Source of the DNA: Psammoneis japonica
Taxonomy: Eukaryota
Direction of reading: 5' to 3'
Length of the DNA: 64,000 bases
Assembly: GCA_008632985.1 (NCBI GenBank)
Contig: QPGO01000017.1
Location: 310,001-374,000, forward strand
Both the position numbers and the translations under genes were made by a program. The first letter of the stretch is position 1. Each line of letters opens with the position of its first letter. The notes below the pieces were generated by a model. The model saw nothing but the letters and a program-made list of their open reading frames with translations. It made no database searches and was not told where the DNA came from. Of this stretch, positions 49,825 to 60,904 are shown piece by piece.

Positions 49825-50457
49825 GAAACAGTAGATGTCGGGAATTTCGACAGTGGCGGCATGTTTGGTCCGAAGGACGAAGGCAAGCCGACTCCTCCGA
49901 GTTACCCGTTGACTTTTTCCAAAAGGAGTATTATATTTGCTTCACTATTGATCCTATTGGTTACAATGGTGATTGTAGCTGTTGCTAATTCGACGATGAA
50001 GCAAGACGTACAATTGGTGTTTCAAGGCAAAAACAAAGAGCAGTTACAGTCTGAAAGCACGGTCGACAGCACCAACCATGAACTTGACAAACGAGTGAGA
50101 TGGATCAAGAATATTATACTTAAACCTGTTCTTCTCGAAGTGGGAGGCGTCATGGTATTTCAGATACTGGGTATGCCACTGATCAGTCATGTATCCAACA
50201 TGTTACGACGTGTTCCCTTGAGTTTAGGATTGGTGAGAGGTGGAGGGGAACGGGGGATTCGTCATTTCTTGAGTGCATTCAAGAGACTCCTTCATGGCAG
50301 TAGAGCGGCGCCATCGAGGGCGATGGGCTTGCTTCGTCGACTGAAGCGGACTGTAGGGTCGATGTATCGCAAACGATCCAGACTTTCAGCTGCCAGCGAT
50401 TTTGCCAATTATGTCGGTATAGACGAGGGAGGAAGCCCTGACGAAGAAGATAGATAG
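49825..50457 (+). CDS. Unknown membrane protein (terminal exon; 5' structure uncertain)
   Basis: Open frame of ~210 codons with hydrophobic segments IIFASLLILLVTMVIVAVA and VLLEVGGVMVFQILGMPLI. Confidence 0.5.
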   Translation, partial: ETVDVGNFDSGGMFGPKDEGKPTPPSYPLTFSKRSIIFASLLILLVTMVIVAVANSTMKQDVQLVFQGKNKEQLQSESTVDSTNHELDKRVRWIKNIILKPVLLEVGGVMVFQILGMPLISHVSNMLRRVPLSLGLVRGGGERGIRHFLSAFKRLLHGSRAAPSRAMGLLRRLKRTVGSMYRKRSRLSAASDFANYVGIDEGGSPDEEDR

Positions 50458-50588
50458 AACAATCCCAAACGCAAACATGTCCTAGATTAATAGAAGCCAA
50501 TACTATTCTCTTCTCTAAAGGCTTGCACTACATACGCGTACGCTTGGCTCTACCGCTTCTGCGCAGGATTGCAGGGCGGGAACAACGT

Positions 50589-51409
50589 TTAACTCTCGGC
50601 GTCGTCCTTTCCATTTCCATCCTTTGGAGGATTGCGGTGCTTTAAGACTTCATCGATAACTCCAAAGTCAATAGCCTCGTTCACGTCAAAGAACGTGTCG
50701 CGATCCATGACTCTTTCGATCTCCGGCAGCGGTTGGCCCGTATGATGCATGTACAACTGATTAAGATTCGCACGTGTCCTTAGTATTTCCTTCGCTTGAA
50801 TGTCAATATCTGCAGCCATGCCCTGCGCACCACCCCTTGGCTGATGAAGCATAATACGAGAGTTTGGTCTGTAAAGGAAACGACATGAAAGTGCGACATC
50901 AGCATGTGCGAGTGAACCAACGTTCCTGGCGTGGAAAGAGGTGAATGAACACATATAGAAAGCAGAAAAAGACTTGATACTCACAGCGCATATCGGCACC
51001 CGGGGGCACCACCGGCCAGAAGCAGACTACCCATACTTGCGGCTTGCCCCATGCATATGGTATGGACTTTTGGACCGACATACTGCATTGTATCATACAT
51101 GGCCATACCTGCCGTCACGAGACCCCCTGGAGAGTTAATGTACATGTATAAATCTTTCTCTGGAGCCTCTGCTTCAAGGAACAGCAACTGAGCTGTCACA
51201 ACGGATGCCATTTGATCAGTAACTTCGCCATGCACGCAAATGATCCGCTCTCGTAAAAGACGCGAGTAAATGTCAAAAGATCGCTCTCCGAAACTAGACT
51301 GTTCCAAGACGACAGGAATTGTGTAGCTGCGACTTCGTGTTAGGAAAGCGCCAGCTAAACGGGCTTTACTTTGACGCAAAAGTCTCGAAGAAACAGTGCA
51401 CATCGCCAT
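50589..51409 (-). CDS. clpP: ATP-dependent Clp protease proteolytic subunit, probably mitochondrial; one intron ~50870-50984
   Basis: [68 protein letters not shown]; Arg/Ser-rich presequence. Confidence 0.96.
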
Positions 51410-51694
51410 TGCTCCCTTCTTGGCTTGGCCTTTCAGCCTAAACTTCCGATGTTCGATCGACAAGTTCGATAATATTTTGTTGGTTGTTGCATGCGGTTGT
51501 CGTGAGAAGCGCGTGCCTCCCTTTTTCGGGGCGGGTCAAAAATTGCAATTTTGGACCCAATTGGGTTCAAAATCCAAATTTGAAACCCAAGTTGGTTAAA
51601 ATTGAAAGTTTGAACCCGAAAAAGGAATCTGAGCGACAAACTTCCGATTTTTGAATTTGGGGAACTCACAAAATCCAAAACAAACGTCGATGAG

Positions 51695-53303
51695 ATGAGA
51701 CTGTCAGTGGGGGTCATGGCGTTGTCTGCTCCACTACCTGCTTCCTGTTTCTTGTCCATCCGCTTTGTTTATAATAATGTTAAAATTGTCTCTTGGACCC
51801 GAACAAGGTTTTTTTCAGCTGCAGCGGACGTGAATCTCGCTCCGCGGCTTGACGGGTTGGATAAGCCGACAGTATGGCAAGAATTCTCGCCTCTCGCAGT
51901 CGAGCATGGCGCAGTCAATCTGGGCCAAGGATTTCCAGATTGGGATCCACCGACTTTTGCTGTCGAAGCTATGATGAAAGCTACAGATCCAAAGTACAAT
52001 CGTCATGCGAACCAATATGCGAGATCATATGCTCACTTGCCATTGGCGAACATTTTGATTGAGGACTACAAAGAGCGGCTACCCGACGTTTCACTCGACC
52101 CAGAAACGAATGTGGCAACAGCCGTTGGTTGTACGAACGCCTTGTATTGCGCGTTACAGGGCCTTATATCGAATGGTGACGAAGTTCTACTGATGGAGCC
52201 TGCTTTCGATATCTACACGGCGCAAGTCAAAATCGCCGGCGGTCAACCCGTCTTTGTTCCGTTGCGACCAATCATGCATGGCGACACAGAAAGTGGTGCT
52301 AGTGCCGTCTTTCAATTAGATTTGGTCGAGCTGGAAGCGTCCATCACTCCTCAAACTAAAGTACTGTTGCTCAATACACCCCACAATCCGACGGGCAAGG
52401 TGTTTTCACGCGAGGAGATGGAGGGTATTGCTGACATTGTTCGTCGCCACCCGCAGGTGACAGTCATCACAGATGAGGTGTATGAGCATATTATCTTTGA
52501 TCCTGATGAGGAACCACACATTTCGTTCGCGTCGCTACCGGGTATGTTTGAGCGAACCTTGACTCTGTCTTCTTCTGGAAAAACATTCAGGTAAGGAGAA
52601 AGGGTACGGTACAGAGGCGCCAGGGCAGTATTATGTTGGCGAACTCCATTTTCATGGAATGTTGTTATCTCATACAACGCAATGCTCCTGTCTTGGTCAG
52701 TTGTACAGGCTGGAAAGTGGGTTGGGCGGTCGGTCCGCCGCATTTGGTGAGAGCTGTCACGTCTGTCCAGCAATGGTAAGACCAGAAGACCAACTTTTAC
52801 GTCGACATTCTGTTCCACTGATGCATCTCGTTTTCCTTTCTCGCAGGGTCAACTTCTCTGCTCCGACTCCCAACCAGGACGCAATCGCGCAGTGTCTGGA
52901 ACAAGCAAGAGAACCGTACGAAGGACACATCACATACTACGATTACGTCGCTGCTGAATACAAGAGGAAACGTGGTTTGCTGGTGAAGGCTCTTGAGAGC
53001 GCAGGCTTGAAACCCATTGTTCCCAATGGCGGCTTCTTCATCATGGCAGACACTTCCTCAATTGATTTTCCTCAGCACTATCTTGATGACAAGACAGATG
53101 CCATGCCAGCGACTCCAATGCCTCGCGATTGGGCAATGTCGCGTTGGATGACACAAGAGGTTGGTGTTACCGCTATTCCACCGTCAGCATTCTATGCAAA
53201 AGAAACGCTTCATCTCGCGAAAGACTTGCTACGCTTTGCCTTTTGCAAAGGTGATGATACTATCTTGGAAGCCCACAAACGATTGAAAAAATATTTCAGC
53301 TAA
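51695..53303 (+). CDS. Class I/II PLP aminotransferase, kynurenine-oxoglutarate/glutamine transaminase type; introns 52591-52700 and ~52776-52847
   Basis: AVNLGQGFPD, LLNTPHNPTGKVFS, ITDEVYE, SSSGKTFS-CTGWKVGW, VTAIPPSAFY, RFAFCK. Confidence 0.93.
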
Positions 53304-53364
53304 TACAAAATAATGAAGAACTCTATCGGGTCTCGTCATTGTGTCCCCAGCACGAAGCTTTTTT

Positions 53365-54455
53365 TTAGTTGTTGGGGATGGTCTTTAGTGCTGGTGCTTC
53401 TTCCACACTTTTTGTGACGTCCTCCTTCGCGTGGTCCTTCTTCTTTTTGTGGTGCACGTGTCCCTCCTTTACATCGGCGTCGTGTGCCTTCTGGATCTCC
53501 TCCTGCTGGGCATGTTTCAATTTCTTTTCAAGAGCTAGTCTAGCCATCAAGTCCTGGCGAACGACATGCATCTCTTGCACGCGCTCTTCAGCCTCCCGTT
53601 CCGTGATATAGCGACCATTTTTATCCATGTACTCCTTGAATCCCATCAAAGAAAGAAGCAGAGTGATAACGGCGAACTGCCCCATGACCCTAGTGTGCAT
53701 AACCTTCATCTGAAGCTGCAAGTGTTCCTGTCCGCTGCGTCCCCAGAAAATGTATCCAACCGTCGGCACTGAAGGAAATCATTCAGAAAAAAGGATATGC
53801 AAAGGGTGAGAATGCCATGTTATCTATAATATGAAAATGAGCGATCACAGGGTAAAAAGCAGCACCAGAACTCACCTCCAATCATGGCCAACATTCTAAA
53901 GGGGTTTTCCTGAAAATAATTGCAAAATTGGTGACGCAAGCTCAAGCTATCGCCCGGAACAATGCGAACTCCCGAGTCTTCGACGCTTTTACGGTACAAC
54001 TCGGTCAACTGCATTTCGGTATCGGAGGTAGGTGCGTTCTTGGTTCTTTCCCTGGCGAGTTCCTCGGCCCACTGAACCGACGCATGAGAGTGCTGTGTCT
54101 CTTGCGCCACTTCTTCCATCCTGTGAGTAAGCTTCGACTCGGCAGCAAAGGCATACATGAAGAGAGAGGGCATGACGACCAGGGCGGTGCGGCTCTGCCA
54201 GTTTGTAGCCTGCAAGAGATGAGTGAAGCGTGAGTAAGACACCGATATCAGCATAAAGCGCTTTCATGCTAGCACCAGCATCAGATCATCTCTACGACGC
54301 AATCAACTCATTACCTTGACGAATTTCTGGTTCTTCATCGCGAGCCACAAGGCACCAGTCGAAGGGACTAGCGCCATGGCTCCGCCGATGAGCCCGTCGC
54401 GAGTAGCGGACCAGGTGACTTCATCGGAACGGTGTTGAGGAGTAAGCGACGGCAT
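53365..54455 (-). CDS. HIG1-domain (Rcf2-like) mitochondrial inner-membrane protein, two introns
   Basis: GLIGGAMALVPSTGALWLAMKNQKFVK|ATNWQSRTALVVMP; ENPFRMLAMIG|VPTVGYIF; QMKVMHTRVMGQFAVI. Confidence 0.85.
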
Positions 54456-54884
54456 GATGTCTTTGTGTTTAGAGTTGGTAAGTAAAACAAGCTGTTTCTA
54501 ATTTTGTGAGTGTCTTTTCGCTCGCAGGAACAAGTCGGATGTTCCGAAGGCCTTTCATCGGCTGATGAGATTGCACGTGCATCATCATCGCGATGTTGTT
54601 TCTCCGGCCGTTGTTTCCCCGAGAAGGAATGCTGTGACGTGTGGCGCAGCTGCTCAGTACCATCTTTCCGTACATTTCTACGTGTGATGTGGCGATAGGG
54701 CGGGGGTTCGCATTTTGCGCAAGGCCTTTCATTCACGCACTACCTACCCGGGCGGGCAGAAAAAAATGCGTCCGACAAAACTACCAGGACAACTCGTAGA
54801 AAATTAGTGGTATGTCGAAGTTGGTACTTTTTCTACCCAAGAGATCATCCGAGAGGAACGAATGACAGACAACGAATGACATTG

Positions 54885-55083
54885 GATCAACGTACGACTG
54901 AGGAGGCCTTTTCCCTTTTCATCCTGCTAGCTTCTGTGGTCCTGAGTCAGCTACTCTATTACTAGCTCTACTAGAGCACAATCCAAATCCACAACAACGA
55001 TGGTCAACGACTGAGAAGGCCTTTTCCTACTGCTAGCTTCTGTAGTACTGAATCAGCTAGCACAATCCAATTCACAACCATGA
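54885..55083 (+). repeat. Imperfect tandem duplication in the HIG1/AOX divergent promoter
   Basis: cgactgagGaggccttttcc...ctgctagcttctgtGgtCctgaGtcagcta...gcacaatccaa (54895-54990) versus cgactgagAaggccttttcc.ctgctagcttctgtAgtActgaAtcagcta.gcacaatccaa (55008-55072). Confidence 0.75.
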
Positions 55084-55168
55084 CTTTCTTTTTAACGTTC
55101 ATTATTTTCGTCTGTGAAAATATTAGCTATAAAACAAGGTTCCTCTCATCTACCTCCCCTCCAACAAC

Positions 55169-56639
55169 ATGATAGCTTTCAATATGCAACGCGTGGCCAA
55201 GTCCGCACTGGCTCCAAAGGGCCAACTATCCGTCGTTCTCCAGCGGAGGCTCCTCTCCAAAACTAGCAAGACCGCCGTTGCTAACTCGCTCACAAGTCCT
55301 AGTCTGGAGCACACCGTCTTTTCTCACAAGATCAACAACTCGCTCGGGGCGCCTACTTCTACCTTGATGCCAATCCAACCTTGGCAAGCTCCGCATCGCA
55401 ACTTTTCTACCATTACTCCAGAGAAGAAAGCCAATCTTGAGCAAGAACTAAATGCTCTCGATATGTCCATCGTTCCACAAATAAAGGCGGAACTCATGGA
55501 AGTAGACGCCAACTTTGACGGGAGGATCCAGCCGGAAGAACTTAAGGAACTACTCAAGAAGCACAATGCGTCCTTCACCGATGAGGAGGTTCTCGAAATC
55601 ACGGATCTCTACTACGCCGCCAAGGCGGGAGGAAGCGTTTCGTTTGAGAATTTTATCAGTGCCATTGATCACGTCGTGGCCAATGAGAAAAAGGACGAGG
55701 ACGCCAAACTCGAGGCGGAGCATTTCAAGGAGAGCAAGAGACACCCGCTGGGAGCTGGCAAATGCGCCGTCGAGTACATGTACGCGGGCAAGTCTCACGG
55801 ACACTACACCGAAGAAGAGCTTGATGTCAAGTTGACGCACGTCGAGCCAAAGGGCATTCGCGACAAGCTTGCTTACAACGCCGTCAAGGGAGTACGCTTT
55901 GTGTTTGACACGGCGACCGGCTGGAACAACAATGAAATCACGCAAAAGCAGATCTTGTTCCGAACGATTTATCTTGAGACCATTGCAGCTGGTAAGCAAA
56001 CATCTGGATGATCTCTTTGGAGGATTTTTTGAATCTCGTATTCTCACATGCGAATCGTCTTGCATAGTGCCTGGCATGGTTGCCGCTATTGTTCGCCACT
56101 TCAAGAGTCTTCGCTCCATGGAACGGGACGGTGGCATGCTTCAGATGTTTTTGGAGGAAGCAAACAATGAGCGCATGCATCTTCTAACTTTTGTTGGAAT
56201 GAAAGACCCTGGACCGCTTTTTCGCCTCGCTGTTTTGGGAGGACAGATTGGGTTTGGGTCGCTCTTTCTTTTGGCATACATGGTTAGCCCAAACTTTTGC
56301 CATCGCTTCGTTGGCTATGTAGAAGAGGAAGCGTGCTCAACCTACACCAAGATTATCGATGCCATCGAGGCTGCGCCGGAGGGGTCGGAATTGGCAGAAT
56401 GGAGAACTCAACGAGCTCCGAAGATTGCGATTGCATACTGGAAGCTTGGCGAAAACGGTACCGTGCTTGACCTCATGCGAGCGGTTCGTAGCGACGAAGC
56501 AGAGCATCGGGATGTCAACCATTTAGTCTGCGGTATGAAACCAGGACAAGTCAACCCGCTCTATGATCCACAAGCCAAGCTTGACATGATGCTTCTGAAG
56601 TACGCCAAGGACATGATGAAGGCCAGTCCAGCTAGCTAG
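55169..56639 (+). CDS. AOX: Mitochondrial alternative oxidase with N-terminal EF-hand pair; intron ~55992-56067
   Basis: Diiron motifs LETIAA|VPGMV, LEEANNERMHL, HRFVGYVEEEA, VRSDEAEHRDVNH; EF loop DANFDGRIQPEE; mitochondrial-like presequence. Confidence 0.95.
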
Positions 56640-56904
56640 TATTTTGAGACTGCTCTTCGTAGGCAAGGAAATACCGGAGCCCCGTTCTTCGATATAAGAG
56701 ATATTGTAAGCTTCATTGCGGGCAGCGAATGCGCAAGTCTGAGTCCAACAATGTCATTGTCGTAGATGCTGCTCGTATGCCCGAGTTGTTGTAGACATGC
56801 GAAAAGACGGGGATGTACGGTGTACGGTACGGTAGCAATCACGTACGCTTCTTCTCTTCAGGATGGAATATTTCAAGATACCGGTATTGCTTCTCGAGGT
56901 ACCT

Positions 56905-57830
56905 TTAAGAGGAACGAATGAATTGCAGCACTCGCATTAGCTTGATAATCGTCATTGCCGAATTCGCCCAATAGAGTGATCTGGTGTATTCATATGCCAG
57001 AACCACACATCTTGTTTCTACCATTGCTAGCATAGAAATACCCCGTCATGTAGGCATCGACCAAGATTTCTTCAACGCATCGTCTCGCACCTCCTTCAAG
57101 ACTGTGAGTGTTTCCAAGCATCGTCAGGATCGGAAAGAACAGCAAAAGTCGCACGAGTTGCAGTGCGGACGGCATAATATGAACCTCTGCACTAGTTCCA
57201 GCGGTGACGCCAGGGCTCATGGTAACCATACGTACATGGGGATACTGGCGAGCAGCGGATCCCATCCACAGCGCGGTGAGATATTTTGTGTACGTGTATA
57301 TGGCGCTAGTCTCGTTCTTCTTTGCTCCAAAGAAGGATCCGTTGCAGATCGACTTGAACCCCGACTTTACCTTGGGCACGTGTTATCCCATTTTGGGAAG
57401 GCCAAAGTCGTCCCCAATCCTGCGTAGATTTTATTCATTGTAAGCTTGTTTGCGTCGATTAAGGCGTCCAACAGAGCAACATGACCAAGAACATTCATTT
57501 GTAGAAATAACACATAACACCATGTTTCTCGACCTTCCCGGGATTTTAGATTAGAGATAAAAGGCACAACAAATTGGGATATCATCTCTTGAGTATACAG
57601 AGATTCGATTGATTCATTCTTGCTTCGGATCAAAATCACCAGTCTTATTCCGAACGCACCTTAGCTCCCGCCTACTAGAGTTCAGAGCTACGTCCTTGCA
57701 GCGACACCCAAGAAAAACTGAACAACCCGCTTCACGTGGGGAAGAAGCGAGAGTTGACGGGCACACTCTTTTGCGACACGCGACACCCGAGTTAGTTGGC
57801 ATCAGTGATTAGGACGCTTTCGACCACAGC
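56905..57830 (-). pseudogene. Short-chain dehydrogenase/reductase pseudogene
   Basis: VLITDAN* (decayed TGxxxGxG), VFLGCR, MNVLGHVALL, YTYTK (YxxxK), VTMSPGVTAGT, GYFYAS; broken by stops and frameshifts. Confidence 0.7.
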
Positions 57831-58144
57831 AGGCAGGCTAAATATCAACCGCATAAGATACTTTTCAGACCTTCGAGCAGAACGATGGGTAATAATAATA
57901 ATTGTGCTTCGGATCACGGAGTATGGAAGTATACCGGTAGTCTGCCCATCTTCGCCATCGCTTTCAAGAGAAGCGAATAAAAAATAGCGCGAGTTCTTCA
58001 TTCGGACGTTAAAACAACGTTTGGACCGAACTCCCTCCAACCGCTACAAGAAGAACGCGAGAGGCTTCAAGGCACAAGGGGGAGCGAGGAGCGAGTTCGA
58101 GCAGAGCGCATTGAACATTGACGGTTGCTTTTATTGAAAAGAAA

Positions 58145-58980
58145 ATGTCGAAGCAGTCCAAATTATTGCTCGCTTTTGCGCTATCTGCTGTTACGGTACA
58201 ATGGTGTCATGGGTTTGGATCTCCTGCGTTTGCAGTGCGGTCGTGGACGACAATCTCCGCCGCCAACCCAACGTTTCCACGTGGTGCTTCGTTGATAAGA
58301 AACCTCGCTGCTGAAGACGAAACTCCGTCCTTTGATAACAACGAAGAACCAATCAGTGCTTCGACTTCTGGAGAGACAGACACCCAAACGGTAAAGGACC
58401 AGAGTGTGGCTGTAGTCAAGTCAATTTTTCAACGTATAGATGATGGGGGACAAAAGTTGAAACCCATGGCGCTGACTGCGAAAGACAAGGCGGACACGGA
58501 CGACCGGAAAAAGAGTGTCATGTATACAATCAAGTCATGCTTTCTGTTTTCGCTTTTTATTCTATATCGGGCATACCGTGGATTCTTTGTGATTCTGCCA
58601 GCGGTCTTTCGCGAAGTCTCCAACAAAATGGGCTCAACCTTGGTGAATCCCTTTGATGAGAGCTTGGATCAAGAGGGTGCAGCCCTTGAAAACGATATTA
58701 ATCCAAAAACGGGAAAAGTAAGACTTCGAACGAGGGTAACTGTATCGGTCTTTGCAGGGTTTGTGACCATCTGGTACGTGGTCGGAGGTGCTCTGCGTGT
58801 TTGTAGACGATTCGTGAAGTCTGTTTCAGCAGCAATAGCAAGAACGTGGTATCATCCTTTGAAGCAGCGGCGGAGGAAATTGAAGGGAACGAGGTGAAGT
58901 TTCTTCGGCTTGCAAAAAAGGATAGCGAAATTAACGACGGTAACATCAACGGGGAGGGTTTGACGAATCTCGCGCCATGA
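58145..58980 (+). CDS. Unknown membrane protein with diatom-type bipartite plastid targeting signal (frameshift near 58835)
   Basis: Signal peptide ending CHG/FGSP (ASAFAP-like Phe at +1), Ser/Thr/Arg transit region, and TM segments FLFSLFILYRAYRGFFVILPAVF and VSVFAGFVTIWYVVGG. Confidence 0.65.
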
Positions 58981-59107
58981 GCATGTTTGCAGACTGCGGG
59001 CTTGAGAAGGCAGAAAGATGACAATCCAAGCACAGCGGCAAGTGGAGAATGTATGTCACGGGTATTAGATAGACAGAGGTCTTTTCATAAATAAATTTTC
59101 AGGCAAT

Positions 59108-60788
59108 CTACATGCCACCGTCACCGACGGATTTGCCTTGTCTCTGTAATTCTGCGGCTCTTGCGAGGGCCGCACCTAAAGTGGTTCCATCCAAATGGAC
59201 GTTGGTCCTTCGTTGGTTCTTTCGAATGTAGTAGCGTTGTTTCTTGGGTTTTCCATCATTGTCAACATTAGGTTGCTTTGCAAGACGTGCTCGCCGCATC
59301 TTTTCTCCAGGATCAAGCAAGCTGTGATCCAACATGACCTTGTGCAACTCCACTTCAGACTCAGGCACTTCCTTGCGAGTTCCTAGATACATTTCTCTCA
59401 CGTCTTTGGTGCACCCGTGACGACGGGCGTGTGAGTAGAGAGCCAATGCCGGGTCAGACGCTGCTTCTTTCAACAAGGCGGCGTCTTTCTGTGCTTGTGC
59501 TGCATGAGCGCCAGATTGACCATGGAGAGGTCCTCTGTGATGCTGCGCCGCAATTCGCCTCCGAACTGCACCGGCACCACCGTGTTGACCACCAATAGAT
59601 GTCGCAAGTGTCGTAGGGTTTGCCGAGTGCGCTAACGAAGACAGTAACTGTGCGGTAGCGCCTCCAGAAATGCCGCGACCTCCAGCAACCTTGTGGAGTT
59701 TCTCCCGAGCTTGCTTGGCATTCTTCAAATTTTCAATTGCTCCGGGTAAAAGTGGGGAATCCACCGGTAATTCCTTTTCTGAAAATGGGCGGATGTAGCC
59801 ATCTACCTCGTTTCTCGTGGACAGGTCAGTGAGCGACGTAACCGAAAGCGGAGCCTGGGCTCTTATGGGCTGCTCCGATAGAGGTCCGTCTTGAACCGCG
59901 CTCGAGATTCTGAACCACTGGCCACCCACCTGCACCGCTTCACCACGCCGAGCTTGCTTTCTCGGATCAATATCTGTTTCAAGAACACAGCAAGCTTGCT
60001 TTCTTTTTTGCAGAGCGCTGTCTCTGTTCTTCAGGGCTTCAGCTCGGGCCCTCTCAATTGCGGCGTTGACGACATCATCATCCGTAGGTGGTTTTTGATC
60101 AGCCATTTTCTTCTCTTCAGAGAGGCCCTTGGTTAGAGCCGTGCTGAGTAGTCCAGGTAAGGGCTTTAAATCTGGCAAATTTATGATTCCGTCCAACTCA
60201 ACAAGAAAGTGTTCGCCACGGGGAAACAATACCTTGTCCTTGTCTTCGGGATTTCTCAGCGCCAGCACATCTCCAGCAGTAATGAGAGCCGCCAAATCCT
60301 CTTCAACCCCGTCGTACGCATCAATCAAGTCCCGCATGGCCACTCCATTCTTACATCGATTAATCTGTGCCAACAGAGTTGTCCGATCCCTAACGTGGTT
60401 GTATTTCGCCTGATAGGCATAGGTAGAAATCATAATGGATGGATCTTCCGGTCGGGACCTGTTCTATTCGTATCTTTTTGTTGTGTTCTAACATTTTTGC
60501 AACGCTTTCGTCAGCTTCAGATAAATCGATTCCCGTCGCTTTGTAGATAACAGAGGGCGCAAGATACCCAGACGATCGATGCTCCTGGAGGAAGTGAATC
60601 ACATCAAACTGCTTTTCCAAGTCAGGCTTGTTTGCGACTGCAGCAGCAATATCTGGTGGTGGAGCATAGTCTACCAAGCCGTCAGCAGTCCCACTCCCTG
60701 AAATCACTCCATTACCCGCAGCATCACCATCCAAATGCTCCGACCTTAAAAAGTCAAACCCGTAAGCGTTGGCGGCACCGCCAGACAT
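59108..60788 (-). CDS. GTF2E2: Transcription initiation factor IIE beta subunit-like (frameshift near 60455)
   Basis: VIHFLQEH...TGIDL...LEHNKKI; YAYQAKYNHVRDRTTLLAQI...GVAMRDLIDAYDGVEEDL..L...G; VLFPR; C-terminal KPKKQR...RRTNVHL. Confidence 0.75.
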
Positions 60789-60904
60789 TTTTGAGGGGCA
60801 GCAACCAGCAACCACCAGTGGGACTTTCCCTCCCTTCTTTCAATTCCTTTCTTCCACACCGAATACTCCACAAACACTCTGCTCCCTGTTACGACTGCAG
60901 ATTA

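Noticed and set aside
49730..49830. Three in-frame TGA codons as selenocysteine or readthrough
   Set aside because: No selenoprotein motif or SECIS recognised; the frame and exon structure are uncertain.
11600..60460. Frameshifts in DDX11, ABCC, TLDc, TFIIE-beta and others as programmed frameshifting or mass pseudogenisation
   Set aside because: Isolated single-base losses, often in homopolymers (e.g. gtggggggaag ~15325, gccccagc ~30052), in otherwise conserved genes are best explained as consensus errors.
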